Notes: generated by a model from the sequence alone, not told the origin. Numbered from the stretch's first letter, positions 9,801 through 16,012 are shown. The stretch is DNA of 20,000 bases from an uncultured virus (IMG/VR IMGVR_UViG_3300031992_000078) (IMGVR_UViG_3300031992_000078:56387-76386), one strand, 5' to 3'. A program made the numbers and translations.

Positions 9801-12800
9801 GGTGGCCGCGGCTCTCGCGGGCAAGTTCTCGCTCGACACGGACTCGCAGGCGTGCCTGATGCTCGACGAGTTCCTGCGCTCGGAGGCGGCTCGCAAGGCC
9901 CGCGCGAACGTCATCCGGCTCCGCTCGACCGGGGCGACGGCCGAGGAGGTCGCCGCCGCGCAGGCGGAGGCGGACGTACGCGCCGCAGCCCACGAGGCCG
10001 TGGCGGACGCCTACATGAAGTTCGGCAAGGCGCTCTCGGACGGAATGAACCAGCGCAAGGCGGCGCTCGACCCGGAGACAGGTTCGTTCGCCGGACTGGT
10101 GCAGGACTTCGAAGGCCGCGCCGGAGACGGCGCGCACACGACGCGCGACGAACTGGTCGCCATCCGCCGGTCCTGGGACGAAATCCGCACAATGCGCGAC
10201 GCGCTCCGCTCGATTCTCGACCAGGTGGCCGACGGCGGCGCCGATGCCGCCATCCGCGCGCTGATGGAACTGGAGGCCGAAGGCATCCGCAAGAGCAAGG
10301 GCGCCATCGGCCGCCGCCCGACGATCGGCGAGGAGGAGAAGGTCCCGTCCACGGACGACGAAATCGCCAAGTGGGCGAAGGACCGTCTCGTCGGGGCGAA
10401 GTACGACCCGAACGACGTGGAAACGAAACTGGCCCTCCGGTCCATCGTCCGCAAGATTGGACGGTTCCTCCTTCAGCGCGAGATGGACGCCGGGCGTCCG
10501 CTCGCCCGTCCGGAGGAGTTCCGCGGACAACTCGGAATGCTCTGCCGCCGCATCTTCTCCGAAGTGGACGAGACATTCAACGACTGGTCCGACCGCACGT
10601 GGGGCGACGTGTATTCGTCCTACGGCGTGTTCACGCCGGCGACGAAGGACGAACTCGCCCGGCGCCAGACGCAGATGACGGAACTACAGCGTCTCGTCTC
10701 GCAGTTGCAGGACGTGGAGGAGGAGCAGAAGCGCCCGCTCCGCACCGGCGAACAGCGCGTCGAGAGTTCCGAACTCGCGCAGGACCTGCGTGCGCGCATC
10801 CATTCCTTGATGAAGGAACTCGACCTGCCGATCCCGGAGGGCGAGGACGCGGCGAAGTACCTCAAGACGCCGCTCGACACCGTGAAGCGCGCGATGCAGC
10901 GGCGCATCGACCTGTTGCAACGAGCCATCGACGAGCACAAGGCCGTCGAGCGGAACCTCGACCCCGTACCGTACGACGACGAGGCGCTCGGGCTGAAGGA
11001 ACGACTGGAAGCCCTGCGGACGCAGTACGAACTCACGTTCCCGAAGGACGAGAAGGAACTCACTTACGAGGAACGCGTCGAACGTCTGCTCAAAGGTCTC
11101 AAGAACCGCGAGTCCAAACTGATGGCGGAACTGATGGACGCCCAACAGGGCGCCTTCCGCGGCCGCCGCCAGGACGCCAACGGGCTCGCCCGCCTCAATT
11201 CGAAGGTCGTGGAGGCCCGCGAGCGCGTAGCCGCCATCCGCGAGATGATCGGACAGCTCGAAGACGCGGCCGGCGAGAAGGCGTACTACTCGGCGGAGAG
11301 CAAGGCGATCCGCCGGCTCGTGAACGCCAAGCTCCGCCGCCTCTCCGAAGTCAACGGATGGATTCGCAATCCTACCAAGTGGGAGGAGCAGACGGCGAAG
11401 GAAACCCTCGACGTGACGGACCGCCCGCAGGTGAAGGCCGCGCAGGCCCAACTGGACGCCGCCATCGAGAAGTGGGAGCAGGTCCGCGACCAACTCGTCT
11501 GGGACCGCCAGAACGCGTTGAGCAAGGGCCTGAAGTACGCCTTCGGGCTTTTCCAGGTCGCGAAGCGCTGGAAGGCGGCGGCGGACCTTTCCGCCGTCGG
11601 AGTGCAGGGTGCCGTCGCGGGCTTCCTCTACGACCCGCGCATCGGCCTGGACGCCATCTGGAAGGCCGTATTCAAGCGCAAGGGCGAGGGCGGCTACGCG
11701 TTCAGCAAGGAGGCGTGCGACGCCATCATGCAGCACATGATGGACAGCCCGCGGTGGAAGGTCCTCGTCGAGAAGGCGGGCGTCCGCATTTCGAGCATCG
11801 ACTCCGTGGACTTCGCGAAGGCCGAGGAACTCCGTGCGGAGGGCTACGCGGCGAAGCGGATGGAATCCCTCGTGAACAAGGCGACGGGCGGCGTGTTCGG
11901 CGCCGTGACGAAGTTCGGGGACAGAACGTACACGATGCCGCTCGACATCATCCGGTGGTCGTTCGCGAACTCGCTCCTCGACCAACTCGCGCGCGTCCAC
12001 GGCGGCGTGGAGGCCATCCCGGAGGCGGACCTCAAGATGCTCGGGCGCATCGTGAACATCGAGTCCGGCGCGGGCGACCTGTTCCAACGTCTCGGCTTCG
12101 CCGGAATCAACCGCATCATCTGGGCTCCGGGCAAGCTGGCCGGGCAGTTGCAGTCGCTCGCTCTTCCGGTCATCCTCGCGGCGAACCTCGGCAAGTCCGG
12201 CGGCATTTCCGCGAAGGCGGCGATGCTCTTCTTCCGCAAGTGCTGGATGCGCCCGCTCGCCATGTACGGAATGTTCCTCCTGTTCTACCGGATGCTCGCG
12301 CACCTGCTCGGGGACGACGACCACCGCGACGAAATCGGGGAGTTCATCGACACGGACCCGCATTCGCCGTGGTTCGGCCGCGTGAACATCGGCGGCCGCC
12401 GCTTCTCGATTTCCGCCGGACTGGAATCGTACATCTCTCTCATCTACCGCACGAAGGACAAGGAACGGTCCGACATCTACGGTTCGACGCGCAAGGTGCC
12501 GACGGCTTCGGACCTCATCACGAACATGCTCTGGAACAAGGCGAGCCCGGACGTTGGCATCTTCCGCCAGGTCATCAACGGAAAGACCATCGACGGCCGC
12601 GAACTGGAAACGGCCGGAGACAAACTCAAGTTCATGGTGGGCGAAGTGTTCTGGCCTCTCACGATGCACGACATGTACCGCACGGCAACGTCCGACACGA
12701 GGTTCATGCCGAAGCTCGCCCTGCTCGGACTCTCCGCCATCGGCTACTCGTCCAACGACTTCGACTACGACTCCCGGAAACTCGACGTGTCCCGCTTCGA

Positions 12801-13170
12801 CCAGCTCACGAAGCTCACGAAGGAGGACCAGAAGGTATTCGCCAACAAGAAGGGCGAGTACTCCGCCGAGGAGGTCGAGGCCGCGCGGTCGCGCATGCAG
12901 GCGTACCGCAATGACGAGAAGTACGGCAAGTACGCGCGCGACTACGCGCGCGGGCTCGAACTGCGCGAGCGCCTGCGTGCCATCGACAACGAGATCAAGA
13001 AGGCCGAGAAGAAGTACGGCTCGAACAAGAAGGGTCTGGAGGCCGACGCCGAGTACCAGCAGTTGCTTGAGTACAAGGAGCGGACGCTCACGGCGTTCCA
13101 CCGGCTCTACACGCCGGCGTTCCAAGCGGACCTCCCGGCCTTCTACGACAGGTATCGTCCCGCCCGGTGA
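829..13170 (+). CDS. Giant polyvalent protein (~4113 aa), probable virion-packaged/ejected multidomain effector
   Basis: Uninterrupted ORF 787..13170. ATG at 829 has AGGA at 819-822 (GTG 787 is an alternative start). Gly/Ala-rich hydrophobic helices at ~1930-2560, HExxH zincin, coiled coil at ~4440-5130, cargo modules at 5146-9612, helical C-terminus with DPHSPWFGRVNIGG (12355) resembling C-termini of large phage virion proteins. Followed by a terminator. Confidence 0.9.
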   Translation: MPILDNTLLSDAEREREAPAPHVFVPPARPEPRATEPDVAEEPDETGATPSTSSELEAQTNREPTASTAQEPASAESETATSAPVDEWAARSQRAVELLERIVEARGGDAFARFGKDNGRGIEGHSLAEWSRMFESGSLAALAANGDDGRRAFDEAEDLILDAAGRVGLLSSNIEDIDNGPVWLQDFGLVKDREDLEAGRAWNAERREEQVDIVRKIDFLKRFSKGDDPSAGFYGMSLDQLRSAALGKGVRNRGDRGAQEDWDDFVKQVNTRYEREREGRGIGQKAADAFRAGFGDIGDMGERLYIIAAYGGDRSANSKFAERMRDVQRDEERRGIYLPATVSSLTDIRKDNLAGDIGAYIIENVCRLAPQTAIQIALAYGTGGAASAAMSGASIAARQAVVRGAVTAVNLATTVALDAADTAGQMVQENDARGRQNLLDWGEWAALGGAYVLADLPSPVFRMAQKAGIGRAARTAGEQAVRDMASRWIYSPGSWGKTMLNAAKETGKNFLGEAITEGPMQQGASYIWNALANGSPGFKSQGEDDFTYGSAFMNMLDQAVAAGLSAGAAGVVGSAGTARRQAKTYKHTSEWGKRHDGIEHALLTEMRNAGIDVSFTSLTPAEQELLYTYIRNHTVSRDLDAKVRHLERMRNPGYLAANEFEAELLKDQKKLDRAIANLKFVQTENAKINSDIRNWLNDKTNGDHEAAAAWLEAYTSSRPALSMDDIKADGASTFRADEANETLGAALDEIKKKKASDESAKKMAEFGYDATYPDILPSYGEKDDGKSSHVIRFEENLTDEGKLSVRVWNAADPHRAPSNFCTEFVVGENAENAEDARRKAGEAADMLARWFDALRESDAPVVKAASDHLARNGRQGQTVVLYSSDFEMARELKNAGASQANIEAAVAREQSGQDGITVPLQNGQAIILVNRERNATAADLFATIDHETFHADFVAFVADGMQDKALLKALGVERPEAPEEGADPEKAKEYEKALAAWRKDAKRRLTVAFLGLDVDPKTGKDRDWRSVTDGEIENAEEDLACTASVAAEGIDGRPFSYLTHPFRAARMAIFKARHPELDSRLGSFLAKRFGGDVSDDAKAEFISKVHERGNLFKTEVRDESGNVVGNRDTPSVVRGTDRVALSQDTLELVNRIRSAENDRRQFLEGSDEFVPLLDDRIEKTVDDTWNMMSGKRVLSLDPAKRDAILKERAEREKKATDERRTKQLAEAQQREENLKQIIRQGRRQGEAKARNERNELRERFAGPVRSAAEQRSASEQARLAGIGERDAALGAALEQGRKNAEVDEMNEKANLLGQEQARAALEERDELQRQTEEEDARRRAAQEDVDRAAIDAEEAQELREGVMNARSAELAEDTRRIRREAEERQELSERAGEQELAEREAVAREQMIEEDEREEARQRASDEDEARAALGDEGVRSRGATAEEAAAFDKGPTYHGKTGRYLYKTMRVVNGHLEFPMAGTGVAVPPGEWLIAEDESRIDPKTGKRRTPLVFGSSKIKRDGTVNRQKGEAAPFPGFHMGTNPYMAHIGLGGNASQKHFQNADYVWVAVDVPMARTDEYAQRVATEGKGDPDKAMRGVIPEGGMYWRKTNPNMKGKWGVAGAMKIVKVLSDAEVDEILDRELPDRVRMGRQGGGRFNAKTMQFEGQDLKNWNLEEEEAKFNRAEAIKAVRKALASQFKDDAGNVYPTRYSRHLGRAISKETDDTIDLLSIGVPMTAEEIEARCPEWADAKRAAQKVEADIRDLFGVFPTSEIRTPERVDFNDAVVEAGSSETITKEAAIPGTDVKLTLNEALKRGESYKVRQDRIAVVVIGLPSAGKSSVFVKDVSRALQARVPDNDYVKPVYAEFENGLGGNAVHQESANVNYRILKAARDHGDNIVYPILGYKPEKLQEVLDFFREARYSAHLLYNELPVPKAVARLLTRYLDNGRYLPLEHTIFKAAGKVGPAYEEKKHDFDSYARYSNDVPIGARPKRIEQSDSSILGSIPGYGEVRDGRLGRRPGVPERSGVLEGSGTNVQSPGGSGSASEATGARSRGGSVVPAGRQKQAGVAYPDASAEITKIPDGHFATVRSRGRGEFEEILKKKRPDLDAKETVKNIFALKTPKERKIALHWIVRGGLALPEDAYKVADALSVAEKAKVDPFRYASPDELLLANKDFKPSARPIDPDTEQALTDKRDEGDGITSYLVEESKFGQLTMRRIIDTHWGEDANPWCLLAKKKKWTHVELINDYNAYQEMERWWSELPRDERVRIAGGRADEESVMDADPASEYYVDNVVDNPVSLDDAWTYWQHYSALPKRVAFKDGKLLAFMATDEYDPESDDIFGGELMERTPPGRWREWDEWLRTEEGRENQASFAEWMRVNHPDEYAKALAYEQWWDRTDTSHPNLDWARGSEVRSRGDEGGEVQVGRFGMKPGYDGSLTIETDPDGPDKELHAEIKRMARGLLDILRDDPLPSQVDPKLPPQYVLIAPLYKTDIQNAEQDAAMQKLAGTDYVGRYEEIARLCGTEFDYQSGRGIFQNQREISGRVGLGRVPTDVANLVASLFADVGAVQQQNSAIRYTQIPKEEFDAIENPWEKARVVTLKYDASKFNLQQISDELQDVGFDATPYRNGEVLILKPMGEFYDDDGNYSPEKEEKFEIDFRNAYDILKGKGAIHDFEFEYASENYLDGEARRVLYLARREEERRPALGREDVGRRQGGVGALQEVRPGSSVREDSAEVKSRGGEITPEEDAAYMDAVQRGDMKAAQKMVEDAAKRAFPDSVLIQDGKFRVMWHHTNADFNSFMASVRTSSKLRGIFFTPQEWGSMSNHGNIHKRYYLNVTNPKLAYGYDADKAYVDELAGLQKGVEDRDEIARINREFKDRTGIDAFLDPLNGWYNVLTPEQIKSADPATYDDAGNVIPLSQRFNPESSDVRSRGGDGLFADEIYGLRTRDVVERIKAENPSYVYRPEKRKIVEMVERGFAKAKADPKFYRDTVAAALAGKFSLDTDSQACLMLDEFLRSEAARKARANVIRLRSTGATAEEVAAAQAEADVRAAAHEAVADAYMKFGKALSDGMNQRKAALDPETGSFAGLVQDFEGRAGDGAHTTRDELVAIRRSWDEIRTMRDALRSILDQVADGGADAAIRALMELEAEGIRKSKGAIGRRPTIGEEEKVPSTDDEIAKWAKDRLVGAKYDPNDVETKLALRSIVRKIGRFLLQREMDAGRPLARPEEFRGQLGMLCRRIFSEVDETFNDWSDRTWGDVYSSYGVFTPATKDELARRQTQMTELQRLVSQLQDVEEEQKRPLRTGEQRVESSELAQDLRARIHSLMKELDLPIPEGEDAAKYLKTPLDTVKRAMQRRIDLLQRAIDEHKAVERNLDPVPYDDEALGLKERLEALRTQYELTFPKDEKELTYEERVERLLKGLKNRESKLMAELMDAQQGAFRGRRQDANGLARLNSKVVEARERVAAIREMIGQLEDAAGEKAYYSAESKAIRRLVNAKLRRLSEVNGWIRNPTKWEEQTAKETLDVTDRPQVKAAQAQLDAAIEKWEQVRDQLVWDRQNALSKGLKYAFGLFQVAKRWKAAADLSAVGVQGAVAGFLYDPRIGLDAIWKAVFKRKGEGGYAFSKEACDAIMQHMMDSPRWKVLVEKAGVRISSIDSVDFAKAEELRAEGYAAKRMESLVNKATGGVFGAVTKFGDRTYTMPLDIIRWSFANSLLDQLARVHGGVEAIPEADLKMLGRIVNIESGAGDLFQRLGFAGINRIIWAPGKLAGQLQSLALPVILAANLGKSGGISAKAAMLFFRKCWMRPLAMYGMFLLFYRMLAHLLGDDDHRDEIGEFIDTDPHSPWFGRVNIGGRRFSISAGLESYISLIYRTKDKERSDIYGSTRKVPTASDLITNMLWNKASPDVGIFRQVINGKTIDGRELETAGDKLKFMVGEVFWPLTMHDMYRTATSDTRFMPKLALLGLSAIGYSSNDFDYDSRKLDVSRFDQLTKLTKEDQKVFANKKGEYSAEEVEAARSRMQAYRNDEKYGKYARDYARGLELRERLRAIDNEIKKAEKKYGSNKKGLEADAEYQQLLEYKERTLTAFHRLYTPAFQADLPAFYDRYRPAR
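3565..3945 (+). other. Zincin-like metallopeptidase domain within the giant protein
   Basis: HETFH at 3664-3678, preceded by beta-strand-like GITV...AIILVN; candidate distal Glu in AEEDLA near 3931. Metallopeptidase domains are typical of polyvalent proteins. Confidence 0.65.
5146..5760 (+). other. Uncharacterised globular cargo domain (YKTM...PGFH...YVWVAVDV...KTNPNM...MKIVKVLSD)
   Basis: Discrete aromatic/Gly-rich domain between the VRSRG (5131) and RYSR (5944) linkers. I recall this motif series from other large phage proteins; function unknown. Confidence 0.55.
6292..6805 (+). other. Zeta-toxin/PezT-like P-loop kinase domain within the giant protein
   Basis: Walker A GLPSAGKS at 6313-6336 after a hydrophobic strand, then DNDYVK, HQESA, NIVYP and a lid-like AVARLLTRYLDNGRYLP. 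This motif order matches the zeta toxin family. Confidence 0.8.
6560..6588 (+). promoter_or_regulatory. Internal sigma70-like promoter 1 (TTGACT-N17-TATTCT)
   Basis: TTGACT 6560-6565 and TATTCT 6583-6588, 17-nt spacer. Shares TTGACTT and ACGATATTCT with the site at 8795-8822; uses AT-rich codons (cga tat tct) in a GC-rich gene. Confidence 0.65.
6737..6994 (+). CDS. Nested +1-frame small gene 1 (85 aa, or 50 aa from ATG 6842); candidate antitoxin of the zeta-like domain
   Basis: GAGGA at 6724-6728 before ATG 6737. From 6842 the codons are strongly G/C-ending in this frame (gcg aag tac gag acg gac gac tgg...) and give a protein-like acidic then helical sequence, while the giant frame reads as a G/R/S linker. 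Confidence 0.7.
   Translation: MTSTATPDTRTTFQSERDRSESNSPTAPSSEAYPVMAKYETDDWDGDPACLNDPEYWKEVERMSNRPEVLEARRKRLARAHAAAR
7099..8040 (+). other. PcfJ-like (W-C motif) cargo domain within the giant protein
   Basis: NPWCL at 7507-7521, YWQHY, KRVAFKDGKL and WWDRTD at 8005-8022; bounded by VRSRG linkers at 7084 and 8062. Family assignment is tentative. Confidence 0.4.
8269..8560 (+). other. SAM-lyase (T3 SAMase)-like domain within the giant protein
   Basis: Motif order YVLIAP...GIF(8422)...REIS(8440)...ANLVASL...QQNSAIRY(8533) parallels T3 SAMase as I recall it (YVLVSA...GCY...EEKT...ALNVARL...EQDCVLVY). By-eye alignment only. Confidence 0.5.
8795..8822 (+). promoter_or_regulatory. Internal sigma70-like promoter 2 (TTGACT-N16-TATTCT)
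   Basis: TTGACT 8795-8800 and TATTCT 8817-8822, followed by AAGGGG 8831-8836 and ATG 8843. Rare codons (att cta) in the giant frame. Confidence 0.7.
8843..9037 (+). CDS. Nested +1-frame small gene 2 (64 aa); candidate inhibitor/antitoxin of the upstream module
   Basis: Own promoter and SD. The second half has phage-typical codons (aac gac gac ccg cac tgg gcc gag aag...). Its TAA falls inside the VKSRG linker; the giant frame here is an R/G/E-rich linker. Confidence 0.72.
   Translation: MTSNSNTQAKTTSTERLDAFFTSLGGKRNDDPHWAEKMWEGGKAASEHYKKYGPEVPFGKTPQK
9049..9612 (+). other. ADP-ribosyltransferase-like domain (ART-PolyVal type), possibly degenerate
   Basis: DAAYMDAV..GD...AQKMV leader, WHHT at 9196 (usually YHGT), GIFFT, YYLNVTNP, GIDA, and VLTPEQIKSADPATYDDAGNVIPLSQRFN end motif. 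Confidence 0.7.
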
Positions 13171-13191
13171 GTGTGGCGGCGTCGGGGCGGG

Positions 13192-13224
13192 CGCGCCGGG
13201 GGCTTGTCCTCCGGCGCGTTTTTT
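13192..13224 (+). terminator. Rho-independent terminator after the giant gene
   Basis: CGCGCCGGGGG-CTTGT-CCTCCGGCGCG, an 11-bp stem with one G-U pair, followed by TTTTTT, about 20 nt after the stop codon. Confidence 0.85.
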
Positions 13225-13238
13225 ATGAAACTTTCTTC

Positions 13239-13267
13239 TTGACTTTCCTCCAATTGTCTCCTAGAAT
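13239..13267 (+). promoter_or_regulatory. Near-consensus sigma70 promoter facing attP/integrase
   Basis: TTGACT (13239-13244) - 17 nt - TAGAAT (13262-13267). Confidence 0.75.
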
Positions 13268-13381
13268 CAGCGGCGTTCTTGGGACTTCTTGAGCGCGGGT
13301 TGTCCGCATGCCCCAAGGACAAAACCCACAACACAAGCCACAAATCAACAAAAGCCGCGTCAGAAGAGGACCGACAAAGGC

Positions 13382-13407
13382 GGGTTCGAATCCCTCCCTC
13401 TCCGCCA
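13382..13407 (+). other. attP core: 3' fragment of a tRNA (probably tRNA-Ser)
   Basis: GGGTTCGAATCCCTCCCTCTCCGCCA = T-loop, 3' acceptor strand, G discriminator and CCA. No matching GGAGAGG 5' end upstream and the T-stem is mismatched at 13381. About 100 bp before int. Confidence 0.85.
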
Positions 13408-13505
13408 TTTTTTCCTAGAAAATATGGCATTTTTGAGAAAAAGAGACTCTTGTCCTCCAGTTTGTCCTCCAAACTTTTGACCGGTATTGAGACAAGGAGA
13501 GAGCG

Positions 13506-14774
13506 ATGATAGCAAGCAAAGCAGAAGTTGTCCGCCGCATCCGCGAGACACGCAAGACCATCGACGGGCGGGGCTACACCTACTTCGTCGCGCACGTCGG
13601 GTCGGACCCCATCACGGGGCGCCGCATCGACATCGTGCGCAACAGCCGCGCCGCCCTGATGGACGCCATCAACGACTACTACGCGGTCCTGCGCGCCGGC
13701 GTGATGCCAGGCGACGTGGACGCCGCGCTGAACCCGAAGGACATCGCTGAAGTGCGCGCCGCCCGCGAGAAACTCGGCGGCACGTCCATCGTCGAAGCGG
13801 CCGACATCATCGCCCGTGCGAAGGAAGTCCTCGCCGACGCCGGGCTCGCGGACATCACCATCCTCGACGCCGTGGCGTCGTTCGCGGGAACGAAGACCGG
13901 AGTGAAGCGCACCACACTCGCCGCCGCGTTCGACGCCTACCTCGCCACCTTCAACGCTGAACAGGAGACCTACCGCAAGGTCATCAAGACGCGCGTCGGC
14001 CGGATGGTCGTGGAACTCGGCGCCGAGCGGCTCGTATCCGACATCACGCCGACGGAGGCGATGGATTGGGTCGAGCGCTCGTTCGGCGGACTCTCGGAGA
14101 AGACATACAACAACTACCTCGGAGACTGCCGGACGTTCTTCAACTGGTGCGCGAAGCCCGTGCGCGCCTACTGCCGAGAGAACCCGCTTGCGAGCGCCGA
14201 GAAGCGCAAGGAGGCGAAGAAGCGTCCGGAGTTCATGCCGGTCGATGACGTGAAGAAGTGGTTCTCCATCCTGCTCGCATCCGCGTGCGACGAGAAGTCC
14301 AAGATGATTCTCTGGTGGAACGCGCTCGGGTTCTTCGCCGGCGCCCGCACCGCCGAGATTCACCGGCTCAAGTGGAAGGACGTTGACCTCGACAAGCGGA
14401 CGGTCCTATTCGCCGAGCCGAAGGGCTTCGCCCACGGCGTGCCGCCGAGGTTCGTGAAACTGAACGACGCGGCGATGGCTTGGCTCACGGCTGCGCCTCC
14501 GACGCGACACGGCCCGGACGACCTCGTGTTCGCGAGCGTGGACGAGACTCGTGCGGTGTCCAACTACCTTGCCGTGCTCGCCAAGAAGAACGGCATCATT
14601 CTCCCGAAGAACGCCGCGCGTCACACCTTCATCACGATGCACGCGACGGCCTTCCACGACGCGGCGCTCACGGAGTCCATCGTCGGGACGAGTTCCACGA
14701 TGCGGCGGAGCCACTACCAAGGACTCGTCCGCGAGGAAGAAGCCAAGCGGTACTTCGAGGAGATCAGGCCCTAG
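13506..14774 (+). CDS. int: Tyrosine recombinase / phage integrase
   Basis: 422 aa; AAGGAG SD at 13494-13499; core-binding region (KTYNNYLGDCRTFFNWC), GARTAEIHRLKWKDVD (catalytic R), KNAARHTF and RSHY (catalytic Y). Confidence 0.93.
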   Translation: MIASKAEVVRRIRETRKTIDGRGYTYFVAHVGSDPITGRRIDIVRNSRAALMDAINDYYAVLRAGVMPGDVDAALNPKDIAEVRAAREKLGGTSIVEAADIIARAKEVLADAGLADITILDAVASFAGTKTGVKRTTLAAAFDAYLATFNAEQETYRKVIKTRVGRMVVELGAERLVSDITPTEAMDWVERSFGGLSEKTYNNYLGDCRTFFNWCAKPVRAYCRENPLASAEKRKEAKKRPEFMPVDDVKKWFSILLASACDEKSKMILWWNALGFFAGARTAEIHRLKWKDVDLDKRTVLFAEPKGFAHGVPPRFVKLNDAAMAWLTAAPPTRHGPDDLVFASVDETRAVSNYLAVLAKKNGIILPKNAARHTFITMHATAFHDAALTESIVGTSSTMRRSHYQGLVREEEAKRYFEEIRP

Positions 14775-15115
14775 CGGGGTTCGGCGGCCGCGAACGTCTC
14801 TCGGATGAAGTTCGCGACGTTCGCGGTCGCCACCCGGTCGGTCGCGTCGCAAGTCACGATGGGATCGCCCCAGAAGTAGACGCCCTCTCGCTTGTGGACG
14901 CGAAGCCGGTACTCGATGTTGGCGCAATGCCGGAGCGGCTTGCTCGTCGGCACGAGGTCGGCGCCGTTCTCTGTCAGCGCCTTGCGGAGTTCCTCCTCGG
15001 TTCTGCGGGCGAAGTCCGCGGCGTATGGCGGGTCCTTGCTTCCAGGCTGAAGCGCCACGTCGAACTCGATGGGCGCGAGTTCGGTCCGGCGGCGGAAGTA
15101 AATGCGTAGGGTCAT
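14771..15115 (-). CDS. Hypothetical protein (114 aa)
   Basis: ATG 15115 has a GGAGGAG SD and overlaps the upstream stop (ATGA). Its TAG overlaps the int TAG (CTAG 14771-14774). Confidence 0.75.
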   Translation of the reverse strand: MTLRIYFRRRTELAPIEFDVALQPGSKDPPYAADFARRTEEELRKALTENGADLVPTSKPLRHCANIEYRLRVHKREGVYFWGDPIVTCDATDRVATANVANFIRETFAAAEPR

Positions 15116-15315
15116 TTCGTTTTCTCCTCCGGCATTGTGATGAATGTCTGCTTCCATTCGTTCGTCTCTTTCATTCGTACAAAGTCGCGTTTCATCTGAT
15201 GCAAAAGAACGCGGCGCTCGATGATGTCGCCAATGCAGCCAAGCACGACAACAATGGTGATACCCACGATTGCCCCGAGGGCGAAGACGACAATCAGCCC
15301 AACCGTCTCGCTCAT
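15112..15315 (-). CDS. Small single-pass membrane protein (67 aa, MSETVGLIVVFALGAIVGITIVVVLG...)
   Basis: GAGGAGG SD, ATGA overlaps at both ends, N-terminal hydrophobic helix; this is the C-terminal part of track ORF 15112..15687. Confidence 0.8.
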   Translation of the reverse strand: MSETVGLIVVFALGAIVGITIVVVLGCIGDIIERRVLLHQMKRDFVRMKETNEWKQTFITMPEEKTK

Positions 15316-15662
15316 TTCGTCGCCTCCTCGTGTTCTTCGGCCGCCTGCTTCATCCCCTGTACGTCGAGGTCCTTGACACCGATTCGTCCGCTCTTCATCA
15401 GCATGTAGCCCCTTGTGTGCCCGGATGGGAGCGGGTCCATCGCCTCGATGGGCACCGGCCTTTTGATGAGACGGGAGAAGGCGTCCTCGGTCAGCCACCC
15501 GTTCTTGCGCCATGAGGAGAACACGGTGTAGGCCATTTCGAAAGTCTCGATCCGGAATGGACAAAGCACCGTGGCCGGTCGTGCCATGTCGATGAAGAAC
15601 TCGTCCGCATCCTGATTGACCGTCACGCCGATGGCGTCTATGCTTTGTCTGGTAATCGTCAT
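15312..15662 (-). CDS. Hypothetical protein (116 aa)
   Basis: Strong SD; 4-nt start/stop overlaps with both neighbours. Confidence 0.8.
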   Translation of the reverse strand: MTITRQSIDAIGVTVNQDADEFFIDMARPATVLCPFRIETFEMAYTVFSSWRKNGWLTEDAFSRLIKRPVPIEAMDPLPSGHTRGYMLMKSGRIGVKDLDVQGMKQAAEEHEEATK

Positions 15663-16012
15663 TTCGTTGCCTCCTCGAAAACTTCAACCCTCTTGCCGTC
15701 CCATCCGTCGTATGGAAGGAAGCGCTTGATGGTCACGAACGGCTGCGTCGGTTCGGTTTCGGTTGTCACGAAACGGAACCATTCGCTTCCGTCGTACTCG
15801 TCGCGAATCAGAATCCATCCGTCTCCGACGATCTTGAGATTTGGATCGACCTCTTGCGAGCCGAAGCCTTCGTCGTAGTCGAATGCGCTTGCCGCGACCA
15901 TGTAGTTTTCCTTCGTGATCGGACCGGCCGATGTAATGACGAGTTTCACGTCGGACCAACTTTTCCCGTTGTCTCTCAGAGCAACGACTGTTTCTGTCCA
16001 GAGATTAGTCAC
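15659..16012 (-). CDS. Conserved-type hypothetical phage protein (117 aa)
   Basis: YDEGFGSQE...VGDGW...R.EYDGSEWF motif recalled from other phage proteins; GTG start with AGGAGG. Confidence 0.85.
   Translation of the reverse strand: MTNLWTETVVALRDNGKSWSDVKLVITSAGPITKENYMVAASAFDYDEGFGSQEVDPNLKIVGDGWILIRDEYDGSEWFRFVTTETEPTQPFVTIKRFLPYDGWDGKRVEVFEEATK

Larger units (their letters stand above)
13203..13472 (+). repeat. Putative integrase arm-type binding sites (TTGTCCTCC-like direct repeats)
   Basis: CTTGTCCTCC at 13203 and CTTTCCTCCAA at 13243 left of the core; tandem 12-mers CTTGTCCTCCAG (13449-13460) and TTTGTCCTCCAA (13461-13472) right of it. Confidence 0.6.

Noticed and set aside
9195..12914. 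1239-aa ORF in another + frame inside the giant gene
   Set aside because: R/G/P-rich shadow translation expected from very high GC3 in the real frame; no promoter or codon-bias switch, unlike the two accepted nested genes.
10684..13125. Long antisense ORFs (813 aa here; also 2308..4050, 4927..6930, 13143..14363)
   Set aside because: Antisense mirror frames of GC-biased genes lack stops; no recognisable motifs.
13320..13407. Complete tRNA-Ser gene
   Set aside because: No 5' acceptor strand, D-arm or anticodon arm upstream; only the 3' 26 nt match, so treated as the att core.
13223..13408. ORF MAEREGFEP... on the minus strand
   Set aside because: Classic spurious translation of the reverse complement of a tRNA 3' end.
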